DNA of 64,000 nt from Mageeibacillus sp. UBA3781. GTDB taxonomy: Bacteria > Bacillota > Clostridia > Saccharofermentanales > Saccharofermentanaceae. The stretch covers positions 10,863 through 74,862 of the forward strand of contig DFFH01000130.1 of NCBI GenBank assembly GCA_002368805.1, read 5' to 3'. Position numbers and translations under genes: made by a program. Below, one piece after another: positions 58,153 to 64,000 of the stretch. The notes under the pieces were generated by a model. That model did no database searches. It was not told the DNA's origin and saw only the letters and a list, made by a program, of their open reading frames with translations. Position 1 is the stretch's first letter. Every line of letters begins with the position of its first letter.

Positions 58153-60117
58153 TCAGACACGTATTCCCATTGAAGCACAAACTTCCTTGAAATCCGCGAT
58201 AGCTTGATCCTTTGTCTTGCCAAGGGCAAAGCTTTCCGCCTGGTACGCAAACTCGGAATTAAGAACTGCATCATACTCAGTAACATCGGAGGAAGATGCA
58301 CCATTGCCCGCTTCTAAAAAGATCGGGAACGCATTCTGTCCTCCAAGGAAATCCATACTGCCATCAACCATGGACAGAACCTTAGCCGATGAAACTGTAT
58401 CCTTTGTTCCTGCATCATTTAATAGACCGGCAGCCCACATATACTGCAGACCTGTGTCCGAGGTATCCAGAGTAACCCACTCAAAGAAGCGGGAAATGAA
58501 CTCTTTTTTATCAGCGTCAACGACACTGTCTTTATTGGCGAAGATCCAAGAGCCTCCCCACCAGAAGCTTACCGGAGACTGACAAACACGCCAGTCACCT
58601 CTGGTACTTCCCGCATTATAGGCCATACTATAATTTATGAGCCATGCCGGTCCGAAGAATGCAAACACTTTACGGATCTGACCGGTTTTCGGGTCTTTGG
58701 ACTTTCCGTCCATAGCATCATTCCAGTCCGTAGACCACATTCCTGTCTCATTGGACCAGTTATTCCCGATTATTTGCTTCGCGACATCAAAATATTCATC
58801 TTTTACAGGATCGATATTCAGCGCGCCATCAACGACCCACGGCGTATTTGCTCCTCTCGAGCAGACATTCCATATATCGTCTATATCTGCAACAGCTGCA
58901 TACCCTTTCTGATTCAGTTTTTTGCACGCTTCCAAAAACTTATTCCAGTTTCCGGTTCCTCCACCAACAGCATCCTGCACTACAGCAGGATCCTCTGTTC
59001 CGAAGACGTCTTTAGCGATAGATGCGGAGTAGATCATCGCTCCACCGGTGTTCTGATATGCAAGTGCTACAGTTTTCCCATCATTATTCATACCAAGCTC
59101 GACCGTGTACTTAGCTAACTCGGCATTATTCATTTTTCCGGAAAGATCATCTATGAAATCAGAATAAGGAGCCGCATACTGGGCGAATGCGCCTTTGGTA
59201 TACGGAAGAATATAATCAGACTCGGCAACATAAATGTCAGGAGCTCCGGCACCACCGGCCGTGAGCGCAGCATTTAACCTTGTCTCATATGCCTTATCCG
59301 TGTTTTGGCAGATCATTGCTGTAACTGTGTATTTTGCTGACATATCCGGATTATTGGTCATGAACACTTTGACCATACCCGCGACTTCAGGACTCATCGT
59401 ATATAGTTTGATCTCGATCGAGCCGGTGCCATAGCTTTCTTTTTGTGTCGTTACACCGTCATCAAAAGTAGGCTCTGTTGTCGTTGTGGTAGGTTCTTCA
59501 GTTGTTGTTGCAGGTAATTCCGTAGTTGTAGGAATAGTATTAGAATCCGTATAATTTTCGATCATTCCCTGGAAGTCAGTGATTCTTTCAAGCATATCAT
59601 CGTAGAGATCTTCGATAAAATCTCCTGCCGTTTCACTATCCATGGAGTACTCACCGTCTTTGATCTTAAACTCCAGTTCAAGATCATCGCGGACGATATA
59701 TTTCTTCTCCTTTTGTGCAGCTATGTTATCTTTAAAATCATCGAAACTCTCTGCATCATCGAATGCCCTCTCATAGTCAGGCATCGTAACAATGACCGAG
59801 CAGGAAGCCTTTTTCTTCGACTCTTCCACAGACTTCTCATCGATCTCATAAGATGCCTTTTCCATAACCGCTTTTACATATTTATTTCCGGCAATTTCTT
59901 TAAGCTCGGTTACAAATTGTTTTCCAACACCCAGTTCTTTATCCAGTTTCTTTATAGTTTTCGAATCCAGATTCACAGAAGCGTCAAGGAATGTATTAGC
60001 AACCGTGATACAGTTTTTTTCTTCTTGTTTTTCTTTTGAAGAAGCGCATGCGCCAAGCGAAACAAGCATTGAGAAAGACAAAACCAAACTGGATATTCTC
60101 TTAAATCTATGCCCCAT
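58153..60117 (-). CDS. Lipoprotein: unknown N-domain + Thr-rich linker + carbohydrate ABC substrate-binding domain
   Basis: Lipobox LGAC and TTTEEPTTTTT linker. APDIYVAE, FFGPAW, WWGGSW and FLGGQN motifs are typical of clostridial sugar-binding proteins. Confidence 0.8.
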   Translation of the reverse strand: MGHRFKRISSLVLSFSMLVSLGACASSKEKQEEKNCITVANTFLDASVNLDSKTIKKLDKELGVGKQFVTELKEIAGNKYVKAVMEKASYEIDEKSVEESKKKASCSVIVTMPDYERAFDDAESFDDFKDNIAAQKEKKYIVRDDLELEFKIKDGEYSMDSETAGDFIEDLYDDMLERITDFQGMIENYTDSNTIPTTTELPATTTEEPTTTTTEPTFDDGVTTQKESYGTGSIEIKLYTMSPEVAGMVKVFMTNNPDMSAKYTVTAMICQNTDKAYETRLNAALTAGGAGAPDIYVAESDYILPYTKGAFAQYAAPYSDFIDDLSGKMNNAELAKYTVELGMNNDGKTVALAYQNTGGAMIYSASIAKDVFGTEDPAVVQDAVGGGTGNWNKFLEACKKLNQKGYAAVADIDDIWNVCSRGANTPWVVDGALNIDPVKDEYFDVAKQIIGNNWSNETGMWSTDWNDAMDGKSKDPKTGQIRKVFAFFGPAWLINYSMAYNAGSTRGDWRVCQSPVSFWWGGSWIFANKDSVVDADKKEFISRFFEWVTLDTSDTGLQYMWAAGLLNDAGTKDTVSSAKVLSMVDGSMDFLGGQNAFPIFLEAGNGASSSDVTEYDAVLNSEFAYQAESFALGKTKDQAIADFKEVCASMGIRV

Positions 60118-60240
60118 TTTTTATCCTCCTTTGGGATCAACATCCCCTTTCAAACCTAAAAAAATTATACTCTCATAAAATTTTCAAATCAATGTTAAGG
60201 AGGATCCGGAGACTGCAGGATTTGTTTTCCGAAGAAATAG

Positions 60241-60274
60241 AAAAAGGACTATTCAGTAACCTGAGATAGTCCTT
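60241..60274 (-). terminator. tRNA-Leu terminator
   Basis: AAGGACTAT...ATAGTCCTT hairpin with a U tract on the minus strand. Confidence 0.75.
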
Positions 60275-60278
60275 ATTC

Positions 60279-60361
60279 TGGTGCGGCGAACGGGACTTGA
60301 ACCCGTATGGTCGCCCACACGCCCCTCAAACGTGCGCGTCTGCCAATTCCGCCACCGCCGC
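60279..60361 (-). tRNA. tRNA-Leu (anticodon GAG)
   Basis: GCGGCGG acceptor stem, GGAATTGGCAGAC D-arm, loop TT-GAG-GG, variable arm, GGTTCAAGTCC T-arm and encoded CCA. Confidence 0.96.
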
Positions 60362-60382
60362 ATGGCTTTGAAAGCATGAATT

Positions 60383-60411
60383 ATTATACTGATAGTCCCG
60401 AACCGTGTCAA
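60383..60411 (-). promoter_or_regulatory. SigA promoter of tRNA-Leu
   Basis: Perfect TTGACA-17 bp-TATAAT. Confidence 0.85.
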
Positions 60412-60496
60412 TAGTGAATTTCTATTTCCTTTCGCATTTCCTTTTACAGAAAGAGAATGGTAGAATAGTTAGGATATATAACACAGGAGCAAAGCT

Positions 60497-61993
60497 ATGA
60501 GACTTTCTGATCTTTTACCGTATAACGACATCGTGATCCAGTGCCATGACAATCCGGATGCGGACGCTCTAGCCAGCGGCATGGCACTTCACTGGTACTT
60601 CGCCAAGCATGGGAAACAGGTGCGTTTCATCTATCGCGGTAATAACAAACTTCAGAAAAGCAACCTTGTGATCATGCTTACGGAGCTTTCGATCCCTGTG
60701 TCATATGAACCCGGTTTCGAAGAAGAGCCGGAGCTTCTCATCACTGTGGACTGTCAGTACGGGCAGCGGAATGTTACGAAGACAAGGGCGAAGAATATAG
60801 CTATCATCGATCACCATCAGCTTACTGTCGCCCTTCCCGAACTTGCCGAGATCAGAAGCAACATCGGCAGCTGCGCGACAGTTGTCTGGGATCTGATCCG
60901 TTCTGAGGGACTGGATGTGTGCGAGGACAAGAACTTAGCTACCGCGCTCTATTACGGTCTGTATTCAGACACTAACCGTCTTTCCGAAGTGTCCCACCCA
61001 CTCGACCGTGATATGATCGATTCTTTAAATTCCGGCATTCAGCGCAGTCTGATTACTAAAATGAGTAATGCCAACATATCTCTTTCCGAATTAAAGATCA
61101 CCGGTAAAGCGATCCTGGATTTCGAATTCTTCGAAGATCACAATTATCTGATCCTTCAGGCCGAACCATGTGATCCGAACATTCTCGGCGTTATTTCAGA
61201 TTTTTCCCTTGAGACAGATAAAGTTGATGTATGCCTGGCATATTTTGTCAGCCAGTACGAGATCAAATTTTCAGTAAGAAGCTGTACGAAAGAAGTTCAC
61301 GCCAATGAACTGGCTGCTTTTCTAGCGGATGGCCTTGGCGGCGGCGGCGGTCATATTTTAAAGGCCGGCGGTTCCCTTCGTCCGGAGAAACTGGATAAAG
61401 ATCCTTCCGAACTTTTGAAGGAGCGTATGAAAGAATACTTCGATATGTTCACGATACTTTATACCAAAGATACCGTACTGGACACATCTTCAATGCCCCT
61501 TTACGAGAAACTTCCTCAGGAAGTCGGTATTGTGCGTCTTGCTGACCTCTTCCCTGCCAAGACACAGATTGAGATCCGAACTCTTGAAGGTGATGTTGTA
61601 ATTAATGTAGAGGACGATAGTTACCTCATGGTCGGCATCGAAGGTGAAGTCTATCCGACAAATGAAGAAAAGATCCGTTCCAGATATTCGGAACTTCATC
61701 GCCCTTACTCAAGAAAAGTCGAGTACTCGCCAAGTATCAAAAATCTCGCTACCGGTCAGAGGATCGACGTCATGCAGTATGCGCAGGCAGTGGTCAGCAG
61801 TGGTGGCGGACTGATCTACGCAAAGCCTCTCGATCGCAGTGTGAAGCTCTTTACACAGTGGGACGAAGAAAAATACTATCTCGGGAACGTCGGTGATTAT
61901 ATCGCCGTTCGTGAAGAGGATGAGCATGACATCTATATTATAAAGAAGCAATTATTCCCACTGCTTTATAAGCAGGTGGAAACTATCAGCTGA
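60497..61993 (+). CDS. DHH/DHHA1 phosphoesterase with extra duplicated C-terminal domain
   Basis: HDNPDADAL, TVDC, IIDHH, SDT and GGGGH motifs are intact, followed by a ~175-aa extension. Confidence 0.88.
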   Translation: MRLSDLLPYNDIVIQCHDNPDADALASGMALHWYFAKHGKQVRFIYRGNNKLQKSNLVIMLTELSIPVSYEPGFEEEPELLITVDCQYGQRNVTKTRAKNIAIIDHHQLTVALPELAEIRSNIGSCATVVWDLIRSEGLDVCEDKNLATALYYGLYSDTNRLSEVSHPLDRDMIDSLNSGIQRSLITKMSNANISLSELKITGKAILDFEFFEDHNYLILQAEPCDPNILGVISDFSLETDKVDVCLAYFVSQYEIKFSVRSCTKEVHANELAAFLADGLGGGGGHILKAGGSLRPEKLDKDPSELLKERMKEYFDMFTILYTKDTVLDTSSMPLYEKLPQEVGIVRLADLFPAKTQIEIRTLEGDVVINVEDDSYLMVGIEGEVYPTNEEKIRSRYSELHRPYSRKVEYSPSIKNLATGQRIDVMQYAQAVVSSGGGLIYAKPLDRSVKLFTQWDEEKYYLGNVGDYIAVREEDEHDIYIIKKQLFPLLYKQVETIS

Positions 61994-64000
61994 TACCATA
62001 CCTCATTTTCTGCTCTTCAGACATTTCCGAACCTTTCAGGATCCTGTATGCTTTATCCTTAAGTTCCTGTAATGTATAATGCCTGAAATATCCGATATGA
62101 AAGTCAACGGCTCCTGTGAAGCTGAATGCAAAGAAAGTATCTGTTGGTTTATGGTATCCCAAGGAATTCCATACTACAGCAACTTCCACCCAGGATTCCG
62201 TCTCGAGGAGATCTGTGATATTACCGGTTTGGATAAAGATCAGACCCTGTTCCTCATCGATCGTAAGAGTCGCTTCCTTGAAAGTGTTATAATACATTTC
62301 GACTTCCGTTTTTCCGATAAAATCGCCAGTTTCACCATCATACCGGTAGAAGGAACCATCATCAAACACAACAAGTATCTGCTCAGAAGACGTTCCTTCT
62401 TTATAGAAAGCGGCACCAACAGCTGCGCGGCCATTCGTCTGAAGATCCATTTCCTGATTCCAGTCAGAATCAAAGACCAAAACATGAGTCAGATCCGCAA
62501 TTATCCATCTGTTTCCCTCTTTATTATGCTCAACAACATTTGCTCCACTCCAATTGGATGAAAGACGTAATTGTTTTATATCATTACTCTCGACATTGAT
62601 TACAAAAACATCCTCCTTGTCGCTGACAACTATCTCCTTCAGTTCGGGATAATAAACGGGCACACTAATGCGTTCAGGATCATCTTTAGGGAAATCGAAT
62701 AATTTCGTCTCGCCGCTGCGAACATTGTAAAAACCGATGCGGTCAAGATTTTTTTCTTTATCGCGGTAGACATACGTCAGATAGTCGTTCGTCATTGAGA
62801 CGCAGAATTGATTTATATAGTACGGACTGGATATGTTATAAATTTCTTCACGGCTGCCATCTTTCAAAGAAATTCTATAGATGGAAATACCACTCTCTTG
62901 ATTGACTACAGATATATAAAGAACATCATCAGCAACTTGAAGGAGTTTAGCACTAGAAGATTTGGCCTCTTCAATTTTGATGTCAAGCAAGAGTGTTTTC
63001 TTGTCGGCATCATATGCTAATATTTCGGGGATTCCGTCAAATTGAGATAATACGACTAGATAATCATCGTCAAGAAGATACTGTTGCGGCTCTTGAACTA
63101 CAGTATCCGGATTCATATCCGTCCACTCATCATCCATTACATATGTATCATAAAAGATGACTTCAGAAGCATTTTTCTGTAGAACATATACTCCATTTCC
63201 AATCAAAGCCTTGTCTATTTTATTTACAAACTCAATTGTGTACGTCACCGTATTTGGACTCATAGAATCAACAGGTATACCAAGAGCTCCTGACTCAGTA
63301 ACAAATGTCGGTACACCATCACCATCATTATCACTTATATCTGCAATCAATTGCTGTACTTGATATGATCCGAGCACATCTCCGGTTTTAGTATCGTAGA
63401 TCTCAATCACATCACCGGTGCTATATGCGACCGCATTTCTTGCGGGGAGATTAAGGATTTCAGAATAAGATAGCGAAACATTGTATTTACAATCACGACT
63501 CCATCTCTCAGTCATAGAAGGAACGTCGATGCAAGTTACATCATCAGAATGTGGCTGAACGATTATTCTATCAGTGCGAAGAAGATTATTCGAAGAAAAT
63601 ACATCATATCCGACAACAATGACTGTTTCATTGTCCGCCCATTTCATGTTACGAAAAGAAGTTCCTTTAACAGGACACAATTTAATGGAACCATCAGAAA
63701 GATCGTATATTCCGACATTCGACGACAAATCGAGTTCAAAGAAGAGAGCAATTTTCGTGCCATCCGGTGAAACAGCATATCCTTCGCTCGAAAAGTATTT
63801 ATTGTCGATGTTAGATGGTATTTTATACGAATCTAAAAGTGTTCCATCTTCAGAAGAAATATGATATAGCTGGTCCCTATTCGTAAGAAGAAAAAACGAA
63901 TCATCAGATTCAACACGAAGCAATGCAAAATGGCCTTTAAAAGCTAGTCCATCCTCTAAAGGGAAACTCCATGCCAGATCCCCTGTAGATGGTCGATACA
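61986..64000 (-). CDS. Large beta-propeller-like protein, 5' end beyond window
   Basis: The frame stays open to 64000 (YRPSTGDLAWSF...). Repeats such as AVSPDGTKIA, IYDLSDG and IYDTKTG. More AT-rich than the core genes. Confidence 0.75.
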   Translation of the reverse strand, partial: YRPSTGDLAWSFPLEDGLAFKGHFALLRVESDDSFFLLTNRDQLYHISSEDGTLLDSYKIPSNIDNKYFSSEGYAVSPDGTKIALFFELDLSSNVGIYDLSDGSIKLCPVKGTSFRNMKWADNETVIVVGYDVFSSNNLLRTDRIIVQPHSDDVTCIDVPSMTERWSRDCKYNVSLSYSEILNLPARNAVAYSTGDVIEIYDTKTGDVLGSYQVQQLIADISDNDGDGVPTFVTESGALGIPVDSMSPNTVTYTIEFVNKIDKALIGNGVYVLQKNASEVIFYDTYVMDDEWTDMNPDTVVQEPQQYLLDDDYLVVLSQFDGIPEILAYDADKKTLLLDIKIEEAKSSSAKLLQVADDVLYISVVNQESGISIYRISLKDGSREEIYNISSPYYINQFCVSMTNDYLTYVYRDKEKNLDRIGFYNVRSGETKLFDFPKDDPERISVPVYYPELKEIVVSDKEDVFVINVESNDIKQLRLSSNWSGANVVEHNKEGNRWIIADLTHVLVFDSDWNQEMDLQTNGRAAVGAAFYKEGTSSEQILVVFDDGSFYRYDGETGDFIGKTEVEMYYNTFKEATLTIDEEQGLIFIQTGNITDLLETESWVEVAVVWNSLGYHKPTDTFFAFSFTGAVDFHIGYFRHYTLQELKDKAYRILKGSEMSEEQKMRYGIS

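Overview
Mostly core-genome stretch of an anaerobic Firmicute (class Clostridia; rumen Saccharofermentans-like lineage is an inference from gene content and order). It has about 50 CDSs: rpsB-tsf, an ispH-rpsA fusion, cmk, scpAB, trpS, ileS, gltX-glnS, ilvE, nagA, sepF-yggS, iorAB, an OmpR-type two-component pair, GH120/GH2/GH3 glycosidase homologues, a CdaA-YbbR fusion and several lipoproteins. It also has tmRNA (tag ANNTQLVAA) and tRNA-Leu(GAG). I found no CRISPR array, integrase, transposase or prophage. The most striking signal is a concentration, within about 20 kb (24.2-43.8 kb), of full-length, uninterrupted enzyme homologues whose catalytic or metal-binding residues have been replaced: LacZ/GH2, Amidase_3, UDP-galactopyranose mutase, M28 peptidase and 3-dehydroquinate synthase. 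Isolated non-catalytic domains occur in the same region (a GH127-type beta-sandwich, and EF-Tu domain II fused to SseB). The AroB-like, M28-like and GH127-domain genes form one operon, a candidate undescribed pseudo-enzyme system. There are also two candidate non-coding RNAs: an orphan promoter-terminator unit at about 40.3 kb and a 145-nt nested hairpin at about 56.6 kb. Family assignments come from motif recognition by eye, not database searches.
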